From Myxococcales bacterium (GTDB lineage Bacteria > Myxococcota_A > Polyangia > Polyangiales > Polyangiaceae), in the NCBI GenBank assembly GCA_043747615.1, contig JAYTOU010000005.1:1-64000 (forward strand): a stretch of DNA of 64,000 nt. The letters run 5' to 3'. A program made the translations under genes and the position numbers. This document shows, piece after piece, positions 19,343 to 27,002 of the stretch. Each line of letters begins with the position of its first letter. Within the stretch, counting starts at the first letter, position 1. The notes beneath the pieces are model-generated. The model worked only from the letters and a program-made list of their open reading frames with translations. It made no database searches and was not told where the DNA came from.

Positions 19343-20230
19343 TCAGTTGGCGACAAGATGATCCGAGACGCGTGTGTTCGGCGCGAGGCGGCGCACCTCC
19401 TCGAGCAGCGCGCCTCCGGTCCGCAGAGCTTCGAAGCGCGGTAGGACGAGCACCTCTTTGCGATCGAGGTGCGCGGGGAAGACCGCTCTCGCCTCGCCCT
19501 CTCCGTCGCCCGCACCTCCGTCGGCGCTCGCCGCGAACTTCCATGATTCGTGCTGTCGCCAGTGCTCGCCGAGGGTCGCATACGGCTCCTCCCGCTGCGC
19601 GTCCGCGTCCGTCCCCGCGATGATCAGTCCGATCTGGCTGCTGCGGCGGGCGGCTGCTCGCAGTGTTTCCGCGGTCGCCCGGGGATCCGCTTCCGGTGGA
19701 ACGCGAACGAGGATGGCGTACGCGAAGGGCCAGGCGAGGAAACGCGCGCGCCCTCGATCGGACTCACTCGCGCCTTCGCTCCAGCCGACCGCACACGCAT
19801 CACCGGCATGAACCGCACGCACGCAGAAGCCGTCCGAACCGCAGTAACGGGTCTTCGACGCGGCCATGGCGGTGCCCACGTAGGGCGGCGCGCTTTCGAA
19901 CCACGCGGTGAGGGCCGCGTCCGGATCATCGTCCTCGAAATCCTCGAGCAGCGGGTTCGCGCGGGCCTCCCATCGCGTCGTCGATGCTTCGAGGATCGGC
20001 TCGATCTGCGCGCGATCCTCTCCGGTCATGGCCAGCCCCACGGCCGAAATCATCGTTGGCGACCAGCTCACTCGCGCTTTTCGCTCGGGCAGGGTCTCCG
20101 TATGCGCCACGCACAGCGTGAATGGCGCTTCGACGGGTTTCGACGGACGCAAATGCGACCAACTCGAAAGGGTGGCGATCGCCGCAACCGCAGCAGCCAC
20201 GATGAAGCCAGCGCGCCGTGCTAACACCAC
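19343..20230 (-). CDS. Hypothetical exported protein
   Basis: Long ORF with a signal-like N-terminus; no family recognised. Confidence 0.55.
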   Translation of the reverse strand: MVLARRAGFIVAAAVAAIATLSSWSHLRPSKPVEAPFTLCVAHTETLPERKARVSWSPTMISAVGLAMTGEDRAQIEPILEASTTRWEARANPLLEDFEDDDPDAALTAWFESAPPYVGTAMAASKTRYCGSDGFCVRAVHAGDACAVGWSEGASESDRGRARFLAWPFAYAILVRVPPEADPRATAETLRAAARRSSQIGLIIAGTDADAQREEPYATLGEHWRQHESWKFAASADGGAGDGEGEARAVFPAHLDRKEVLVLPRFEALRTGGALLEEVRRLAPNTRVSDHLVAN

Positions 20231-20253
20231 GCGATATCCACGCGCGGGCGTTT

Positions 20254-20844
20254 TCAGCGACGGCGCGCGGCGAACTGGAGGTGCTTGTCGTTCGCCGCGA
20301 CCGAAGCCAGATTCCCCGCTACCGAAACGGTGATCATCGGGTCGGTTGCGTTTCCGGAGAGCCCTTGGATCTTGAAGAGAACGGCGCGTGAGCCCGTCGC
20401 CTGTATCTCCCAGTCCCCGTTCAGGTCCGTGTCCGAAGCCGGCGCCACCCGGGTGCGCGTTCCTGAGGCGACGCTCGTGTTCTTAGAGGGGGCACTGCAA
20501 CCACTCCCGGACGATTCGCGCAATTCGGTGCGGGTCGAAGTGACCGAATCGCCCTGCACGTTCAAGGTGAACTCGGTGCGGTGCTTGGTGAAGGTGCACG
20601 AACCTACTGTCGTGCCTTCGTCTGCGTTGACCACGAAACCGGTCACGGAGCCCGCATGGACGGTCATCTCGGAAGGTCCGAGTTGCGCGTCGCCGGCCGC
20701 CGTGATGTCCCAGGTGCCGTCGAGCGATCCCGTGGTCGTGCCGCCACTCGCGGCCGGGGTGCCGTTCTTTCCTACATCGATCGTGGAACCGCATGCGAGG
20801 AGAACGGCGCTCGCAGCAAGGGCAAGACGGAAGGCTTGAGGCAT
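20254..20844 (-). CDS. Hypothetical lipoprotein
   Basis: Lipobox LLAC; two 'LxGxWxI' repeats (LDGTWDI, LNGDWEI). Confidence 0.7.
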   Translation of the reverse strand: MPQAFRLALAASAVLLACGSTIDVGKNGTPAASGGTTTGSLDGTWDITAAGDAQLGPSEMTVHAGSVTGFVVNADEGTTVGSCTFTKHRTEFTLNVQGDSVTSTRTELRESSGSGCSAPSKNTSVASGTRTRVAPASDTDLNGDWEIQATGSRAVLFKIQGLSGNATDPMITVSVAGNLASVAANDKHLQFAARRR

Positions 20845-20965
20845 AGCAGGGCTCCGAAGAGGGCGACGTGGGGAAGTGATTCTACTTCGGACGTATGACC
20901 GAGGCCTCGTGGGATTGCCGCGACGGAACCGGCGTTGTCAAAAAATCGTTCGTGGGCTCGCAAAA

Positions 20966-22153
20966 TCAGATCGCGCAGAAGCCCTCGTAGTCGATGTACG
21001 AGGTGATCGTCGGCTTGTCGCCGCACACCGGGCAGTCTTTGTCGCGCCGGAGCTTCAGCTCGCGGAACTTCATCTTCAAGCTGTCGTAGGTCATCAGTCG
21101 GCCGGCGAGGGTGTCCCCTTTTCCGAGAATGAGCTTGATGGCTTCGGTGGCTTGGATGGTGCCGACGATCCCGCACAAGATGCCGAGGACGCCTGCCTCT
21201 TGGCAGCTCGGCGCAAGATGGGCGGGAGGCGGCTCCGGGTAGAGGCACCGGTAGCAAGGCCCGGTCTCACGGCCGAATTTGGCTGCGGCCTTCGCTGGGA
21301 GGAACGTCGTTGCTTGCCCGTCGAAGCGGAAGATCGATCCGTGAACGACGGGCTTTCCCATCCACACGCTCGCATCGTTCACCAGGTAGCGCGTGGGAAA
21401 ATTGTCTGTCCCGTCGACGACGATTTCGTAGTCGGCGAAGAGGCGCTCGACGTTCGCGCTGGTGAGTCGCTCGCGGTGGCCGATGACCTTCACGTCGGGA
21501 TTGAGCTCGGCGATCGTCTCCGCTGCGCTCTCTACTTTTGGATCGCCGATGCGGCTCGTGGCGTGGATGATCTGACGCTGAAGGTTCGACGCATCCACCA
21601 CGTCGGCATCGACGAGGCCGAGCGTTCCCACCCCTGCGGCCGCCAGATAAAGCGCCGCCGGCGACCCGAGACCTCCGGCTCCAAGGAGGAGCACCTTGCT
21701 CTTGAGCAACTTCGTCTGCCCGAGCTCGCCCACCTCGGGAAGGAGGATGTGACGTGAGTAACGATCGCGCTGGGCGTCGGTGAGCTGCGGCGGAAGCTCG
21801 ACCGGATAGCCAACATCCTTCCACCGCGTAAACCCTGGGGTTGCGGTCTCGACGTTCGTGTAGCCGAGATTGGCGAGCGTCGCGGCGGCGAGCGCCGAGC
21901 GGGTGCCTCCCGCACAATAGGCCACGATCTTGGTGTTTTTATCGGGTAAACGCGCTTCGACCTGCATCTCGAGAAAGCCGCGCGGGATCGAGATCGCCCC
22001 GGGGATGTACCCTGCGCGGAACTCCTCTTTCTCGCGCACGTCGAGGAGGGTGACTTTCTCTCCGGCGTCGATTCGCTTCTTGAGATCGTCGAGCGATACG
22101 GCCTTGGTCTGGTTGCGAACGCTGGCGAGGAGATCGGTATAGGTAGTGGGCAT
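20966..22153 (-). CDS. moeB: Rhodanese-MoeB/ThiF fusion (MoeZ-like adenylyltransferase/sulfurtransferase)
   Basis: N-terminal rhodanese (LLDVRE, YCAGGTRS); ThiF domain RYSRH, GAGGLG, SNLQRQ, DGTDNF, PCYRC, CPVC. Confidence 0.93.
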   Translation of the reverse strand: MPTTYTDLLASVRNQTKAVSLDDLKKRIDAGEKVTLLDVREKEEFRAGYIPGAISIPRGFLEMQVEARLPDKNTKIVAYCAGGTRSALAAATLANLGYTNVETATPGFTRWKDVGYPVELPPQLTDAQRDRYSRHILLPEVGELGQTKLLKSKVLLLGAGGLGSPAALYLAAAGVGTLGLVDADVVDASNLQRQIIHATSRIGDPKVESAAETIAELNPDVKVIGHRERLTSANVERLFADYEIVVDGTDNFPTRYLVNDASVWMGKPVVHGSIFRFDGQATTFLPAKAAAKFGRETGPCYRCLYPEPPPAHLAPSCQEAGVLGILCGIVGTIQATEAIKLILGKGDTLAGRLMTYDSLKMKFRELKLRRDKDCPVCGDKPTITSYIDYEGFCAI

Positions 22154-22206
22154 GCGGAGTCGTGGAGGGTTGTACTCGGTAGTGCGTGCGTCAAGGCTCC
22201 TCTCGC

Positions 22207-23427
22207 TTAAACGGTCCTAAGCTCCGTCTGGATTCGAGTGACGATCTCGCGAGCGTCGGTTAGGCGGTCTTCGTCGGCCGCCACGCATGCGCTTGCGAGC
22301 GCACGCCAGCGCGCATGGATCTCGTCGGAAGGCGCCTGCTGGAGGACGTCTTCGAGCAGACGGCCGAAACCGTAGACGTCGTCGCGCGGCCGGCACACCC
22401 GCCCTGCCAGACGCTCCGGCGAGACGTAACCGAGGCTCCCGGGAGAGGCCGGCTCCCCTGCGCGGCGCGCGGTCCCGAAATCGGCGAGGAGCGGAGCGTC
22501 TGCGGCGGAGAGAAGAACGTTCGCCGGCTTCACGTCGAGATGCACCCAGCCTGCGGCGTGAATGCGCGCGAGGGTGACGGCGAGAGGAAGCGCCCAGCGT
22601 TCGATCGGGATCAGCGGCGCGAGGTCGCGGGCGCGAAGTCGATCCCTCACCGAGCCGTGCGCCGCCCACTCCAGGCTGATCCAGCCGTGCGCGGGATCGA
22701 CGTCGAACACGCGTAAAACACCGCGTCCCGCAAGGAGGACCGCGACCTTTGCCTCGTGCTCGAGCTGCGCGCGGTTTCGCACCGGATCGTGGTAGACCTT
22801 CAGCGCGAGCCTGCGACCAAGCTCGCGATCTTCCGCTTCGTACACCGCGCCCGCCCCTCCGCGACCAACCTCGCGGAGAAGAACGTACGGAGCATCGGGC
22901 TCGCTCGTGACCATCGTGGGCGCGCTCGCGTCCCCGCGCGCGACGGCGGATCCGAGACCGAGCGCAGCTCGCCACCGGCGATGCCTGTCGCGCGCCCCAG
23001 GGTGGTCGAGCTCTCGAAGGAGCACGCGCTCGATGAGGGCGAGGGCCGTCGCAAACTCTCCGAGCTCCGCGCGAAGGTCTGCCGAGACGAGGAGAGCATC
23101 GGGGGACGTCATGCCGCTCAGCAGACGGAGCGCCGACGGAGCCTCGCCGCGATCGACGAGCGCCGCCGCACCCGCGATGGCGAGAGGCTCGGGAAGCGCG
23201 GTGTTCGCAGAGAGCATGACGAGGACGTTCAGCGCGCGCGCTTCATGCGACGTTCGCCGCAGGCCCGCGAGGAGAACGAGGGCTTCGTCGATCGACGGGC
23301 CATCGGGTTTTCCGACGCACGCGAGACGGGCGACGTCGGTAGGGACGGCGGCGGGCGCAGCGACAGGAGCAGCCTCGGCCACGGGTGGCGGATCGTGCAC
23401 GTCGAAGAGCTTTTTCCACCAGCTCAT
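22207..23427 (-). CDS. Ser/Thr protein kinase with an N-terminal helical region
   Basis: GRGGAGAVY, ALKV, HLDVKPAN, DFG, YVSPE, DDVYGFG. Confidence 0.88.
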   Translation of the reverse strand: MSWWKKLFDVHDPPPVAEAAPVAAPAAVPTDVARLACVGKPDGPSIDEALVLLAGLRRTSHEARALNVLVMLSANTALPEPLAIAGAAALVDRGEAPSALRLLSGMTSPDALLVSADLRAELGEFATALALIERVLLRELDHPGARDRHRRWRAALGLGSAVARGDASAPTMVTSEPDAPYVLLREVGRGGAGAVYEAEDRELGRRLALKVYHDPVRNRAQLEHEAKVAVLLAGRGVLRVFDVDPAHGWISLEWAAHGSVRDRLRARDLAPLIPIERWALPLAVTLARIHAAGWVHLDVKPANVLLSAADAPLLADFGTARRAGEPASPGSLGYVSPERLAGRVCRPRDDVYGFGRLLEDVLQQAPSDEIHARWRALASACVAADEDRLTDAREIVTRIQTELRTV

Positions 23428-23501
23428 TCGTCAAAAAAATCCGAGAAAACACGAGGACTTGAAAAAAATCGAACAAAGAGACGCGAATGAGATGTCCTGT
23501 C

Positions 23502-23545
23502 TTGACGGATTATTCCGAAAGAGCTACTCATACTGGAGGGAGAGT
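23502..23545 (+). promoter_or_regulatory. Putative sigma70-like promoter and RBS for the RiPP operon
   Basis: TTGACG at 23502-23507; only a weak -10 (TACTCA/CATACT); GGAGGGAGAG upstream of ATG 23552; A-tract-rich intergenic region. Confidence 0.4.
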
Positions 23546-23551
23546 GCACCA

Positions 23552-23689
23552 ATGAACATTATCCAATCTGACTGCGATGTGGATTTGACGTTCACGGATC
23601 TGACCGAGGAACCCGCGCTTGATTTCAGCGCTGTGGCCACCGACGGCTACTCGGCGAGCCAGTCACATGAGATCGTAACTTCGGAGTAG
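23552..23689 (+). CDS. Putative RiPP precursor peptide, 45 aa: MNIIQSDCDVDLTFTDLTEEPALDFSAVATDGYSASQSHEIVTSE
   Basis: Strong RBS, ATG to TAG, stop 2 nt before the YcaO start; acidic leader-like N-terminus and Ser/Thr/Ala/Gly-rich C-terminus. Confidence 0.8.
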   Translation: MNIIQSDCDVDLTFTDLTEEPALDFSAVATDGYSASQSHEIVTSE

Positions 23690-23691
23690 GG

Positions 23692-24891
23692 GTGGCGCTT
23701 ACGGTTTTCGATCAGGAGCTTGCGCACCCGAAGCGTTTTCGAGAGGGAACCCACAGAACTCGATCGCCCACCGAGACGCTTGCCGAGTACTTGCCGCGTA
23801 TGCGGCAGTTTGGCATCACGCGTCTCGCGAACATCACCGGCTTGGATTGCATCGGCTTGCCGGTGATTGTGTCCATTCGACCCAACTCGCGCTCCCTTGC
23901 CTGTTCGCAGGGAAAGGGGGTCGACATGGCGGCCGCAAAGGCGTCCGCGCTGATGGAGGCGATCGAGCTCTGGCACGCCGAGAATATCGATCTTCCGCTT
24001 CGATTCGAGTCGTATCGATCGCTTCGTGATGTCGCCCATGTCGCCGACATCACGAAGCTGCCGGTCCGGCCAGGCCGGATCGTTCGAGTCGACGTACCCA
24101 TGTTGTGGATCGAGGGCTACGACCTCCTGCAGCGACGAGCGATTTGGTTGCCGTTCGATTCGGTCACCATCAACCTCGCCATCGGAGACGGCCCGCGATC
24201 GAGCTTGCAGATTACGAGCAACGGGCTGGCCTCCGGCAATCATCTCCTCGAGGCGATCGTCCACGGGTTGTGCGAGGTCATCGAGCGCGACGCCGTCGCT
24301 GAAGGGACGAGCAGCCAATGCGTCGATCTCGCGAGCGTCGACGACCCCGCCTGCCGCCACGTCCTAGACCTCGTCGCGCGCGCAAACGCCGAGTTCCGCG
24401 TTTACGACGTGACGAGCGACACGAACGTTCCGACGTACCGCGCGGCCCTCGCGTCCGCCGACGCGCGCACGAGTTGGCGTCGGCTCGGAGTCGCCGAGGG
24501 CTTTGGGAGCCACCTTTCCCCGGCAATTGCATTTCTCCGCGCGACGACGGAGGCCGTGCAAAGTCGGCTGACTCTCATCGCGGGTAGCCGTGACGATTTG
24601 TATCGGGAGAAGTACGCCACGTTCCGTGCTGCCGACCGTTGGCCCGAAGTCGACGCTACCGCCTGTCGTCTCGATGGTCGCGCATCTCGCGACGGGCAGA
24701 CGTTCGAGGACGACGCGGCGACCCTTCTCGAGGATCTCCGGCGCATTGGAATCGAGAGCGTCGGGGTCGTCGATCTGACGAAAAAGGACGTAGGGATCCC
24801 GGTCGTGCGTATCGTCGTACCGGGGCTGACGGGATCGGAGCACGGCGCTGGACACGCGCCGCAGCGAAGGCCCAAGATGCACGCGCAGTGA
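23692..24891 (+). CDS. ycaO: YcaO-family enzyme, TfuA-associated (thioamide-forming) type
   Basis: GITRLANITGLDCIGLPV, SQGKG, SALMEAIE, TSNGLASGN..EVIERDA, TEAVQSRLT.IAGSRDD; no C-terminal PxP. Confidence 0.93.
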   Translation: MALTVFDQELAHPKRFREGTHRTRSPTETLAEYLPRMRQFGITRLANITGLDCIGLPVIVSIRPNSRSLACSQGKGVDMAAAKASALMEAIELWHAENIDLPLRFESYRSLRDVAHVADITKLPVRPGRIVRVDVPMLWIEGYDLLQRRAIWLPFDSVTINLAIGDGPRSSLQITSNGLASGNHLLEAIVHGLCEVIERDAVAEGTSSQCVDLASVDDPACRHVLDLVARANAEFRVYDVTSDTNVPTYRAALASADARTSWRRLGVAEGFGSHLSPAIAFLRATTEAVQSRLTLIAGSRDDLYREKYATFRAADRWPEVDATACRLDGRASRDGQTFEDDAATLLEDLRRIGIESVGVVDLTKKDVGIPVVRIVVPGLTGSEHGAGHAPQRRPKMHAQ

Positions 24892-26240
24892 GCGTCTACG
24901 TCTATCTCGGACCGACCCTGAGTACCGCGCACGCAAAGGCTGTGCTGCCGGACGCGACCTACTTGCCGCCGGTGTCAGTGGGGGATCTCTACGCGCTCGT
25001 GGCGCGGCACAAGCCCACGGTGATCGGGATCGTCGACGGCCTCTTCGAAGGGGTGCCGGCCGTCTGGCACAAGGAGATCCTCTTCGCGCTCTCGAAAGGC
25101 GTGCGCGTGCTCGGCAGCTCCAGCATGGGCGCGCTTCGCGCCGCGGAGCTCGAGAGCTTCGGGATGATCGGGGTCGGCACGATTTTCAAGAATTTTCTCG
25201 CGGGAACTTGGGAAGACGACGACGAGGTCACGGTCGTTCACGGCGATGGTGCGGTCGGCTACCGACTCGCCTCGGAAGCGATGGCGAACATCCGGCAGGG
25301 GCTCGATCTCGCCGCGGCCGACGGGGCAATCACCGCAGCGAGCCGCGACGCTCTGACGCGCGCTACCAAGGCTCTCTTCTACCCCGACCGCTCATGGGGG
25401 CGCGTGAGAGAGCTTGGAAAAGAGCTCGGGATCCCGCAGGCAGAGATCGACGGGCTCGCTGAATTCGTGCGACGGGTGCGCCCTAACCTAAAGCGTGACG
25501 ACGCCCTCGAGATGCTGCGAGTCATCGCGTCAGAGGAGCTCCCCGCTCGTCCGCCCACGTTTCATTTCGAGGTGACGGAGTACTTCACGCGGCTCGCGCA
25601 GACGAACGTTCACGATCCGGTCGATCCGCGCGACACGGCGGTCGAACGCGCCGTGACGGCTCACGCGGTTCGGGATCACTTCCGCGTTCATCGCGGGAGG
25701 GAAGACATTTTCGGAGCCGCGCTCCTTCACGCTCTCGTGGTCGCGGAAGCCACACGCCTGGGACTCTCGGCGACCCCGGAGCAGATGTCAGCCGCGGCCG
25801 ACCGGTTTCGTCGATCGCGCCGCTTGCTTTCGCCGAACGCCACCGAGGAGTGGCTACGCGACAACGGCGTCAGCAAAGAGTCGTTCGTTGAGATCGTACG
25901 CTTCGAAGTGCTCAGCGAGGCTCTCATCGCCTATCACGAGGTGCCGGTGCGTGAGTCGCTCGCGCTCGCGTTAAAGCGCCGCGGGGAGTGGGCATCGACC
26001 CTCGAGGCGCTCAGACGCCAGAAGAGATACCTGAGCGTGCAGGGGGCGCCGATCCCGACATTCGACAGCTTGGGCATCTCCCTGGAGAAATTGATTGGGT
26101 GGTACAAGGCAAACTCTCGTGCCGTCGGCGAGCGGGACCTCGAAGCGCACGCCACCGCGCTTGGATTTTCCAGCCCCCGAGCGTTCCTCAACGAGCTTCT
26201 GGAGCAGTACGCCGCGGCGCAGAGCGGAGAAGATGCGTAG
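24888..26240 (+). CDS. tfuA: TfuA-like protein with an extended C-terminal helical region (450 aa)
   Basis: YLGPTL, LPPV..GDL, IVDGLF..PAVWHKEIL, SSSMGALRAAEL, DDDEV, FYPDRSW; GTGA overlap with ycaO. Confidence 0.92.
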   Translation: MSVYVYLGPTLSTAHAKAVLPDATYLPPVSVGDLYALVARHKPTVIGIVDGLFEGVPAVWHKEILFALSKGVRVLGSSSMGALRAAELESFGMIGVGTIFKNFLAGTWEDDDEVTVVHGDGAVGYRLASEAMANIRQGLDLAAADGAITAASRDALTRATKALFYPDRSWGRVRELGKELGIPQAEIDGLAEFVRRVRPNLKRDDALEMLRVIASEELPARPPTFHFEVTEYFTRLAQTNVHDPVDPRDTAVERAVTAHAVRDHFRVHRGREDIFGAALLHALVVAEATRLGLSATPEQMSAAADRFRRSRRLLSPNATEEWLRDNGVSKESFVEIVRFEVLSEALIAYHEVPVRESLALALKRRGEWASTLEALRRQKRYLSVQGAPIPTFDSLGISLEKLIGWYKANSRAVGERDLEAHATALGFSSPRAFLNELLEQYAAAQSGEDA

Positions 26241-26242
26241 CA

Positions 26243-26965
26243 ATGGCGTCGGGCTCGCTCACGATTGTAGGTCTAGGCATCCAGGCGGCCGAACACGTCA
26301 GCGTTGGCGCGCTCACGGTGATCCGAGAGTGCGACAAGCTCTTTCACTGGGTGGCCGATCCGATCGCCACCGCATGGCTCGAGGATCTGCATCCCTCGGC
26401 GGAATCGCTCAACCGCTTCGTGGTCGAGGGGAAGTCGCGCACCGAGGCCTACGATGCCATCGTCGAGCGCGTCCTCGCCGAGGTGCACCGGACCGCGCGC
26501 GTCTGCGTCGCGGTCTACGGGAATCCGTCGTTCGGCGTCGACGTGACGGCTTCGTTTCGCGCGCGAGGCGTCGCCGAGGGCTTCCCGGTCGTCGTACTCC
26601 CCGCCGTGTCGTCGCTCGACTGCTTGTTCGTCGATCTCGGGGTGGACCCGTTCAAGCGCGGCATTCAGCTCTTCGAGGCGAACGAGTTTTTGGCCAACCC
26701 GCGCGGCGACGTGGGGACAGACTTGGTCCTCCTTCAGGTAGGCATGCTTGGCACACGTGAGTTCGGTTACAGCGGCACGTCCTTGGCGTCGCTCGCTACC
26801 TGGCTCACCCGCGCGTATGGCGGTGAACACGAGGTCGTGCTCTACGAGGCGTCGTGCTTCCCGGAGCGTGCGCCACGCGTGGAACGCCTTCGAGTCGATG
26901 CGCTCGCGGAAGCAAAGACGTTAAGCGTGACGACGCTCCTCGTCCCTGCAAAGCGCGTGCGGTAG
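26243..26965 (+). CDS. Borosin-like SAM-dependent peptide backbone alpha-N-methyltransferase (tetrapyrrole methylase fold), 240 aa, stand-alone
   Basis: GSLTIVGLGIQ, DPIATAWL, KSRTEAY..IVERVL, YGNP, PAVSSLDCLFVDLGVDP..GIQLFEA..FL, HEVVLYEA..P...PRVER, TLLVP. These are collinear with my recollection of SonM/OphMA methyltransferase domains. Confidence 0.82.
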   Translation: MASGSLTIVGLGIQAAEHVSVGALTVIRECDKLFHWVADPIATAWLEDLHPSAESLNRFVVEGKSRTEAYDAIVERVLAEVHRTARVCVAVYGNPSFGVDVTASFRARGVAEGFPVVVLPAVSSLDCLFVDLGVDPFKRGIQLFEANEFLANPRGDVGTDLVLLQVGMLGTREFGYSGTSLASLATWLTRAYGGEHEVVLYEASCFPERAPRVERLRVDALAEAKTLSVTTLLVPAKRVR

Positions 26966-27002
26966 CAGCACCGGTCGGCCGTGCGCCCGTCCCGCACGGC
27001 AG

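Noticed and set aside
22907..23551. 260-aa plus-strand ORF 22907..23689
   Set aside because: It is the antisense shadow of the kinase; only the last 45 codons, behind a real RBS, are credible.
23692..24891. YcaO as an azoline-forming cyclodehydratase (TOMM/LAP)
   Set aside because: There is no E1-like partner or dehydrogenase in the operon, no C-terminal PxP motif, and it is directly coupled to tfuA.
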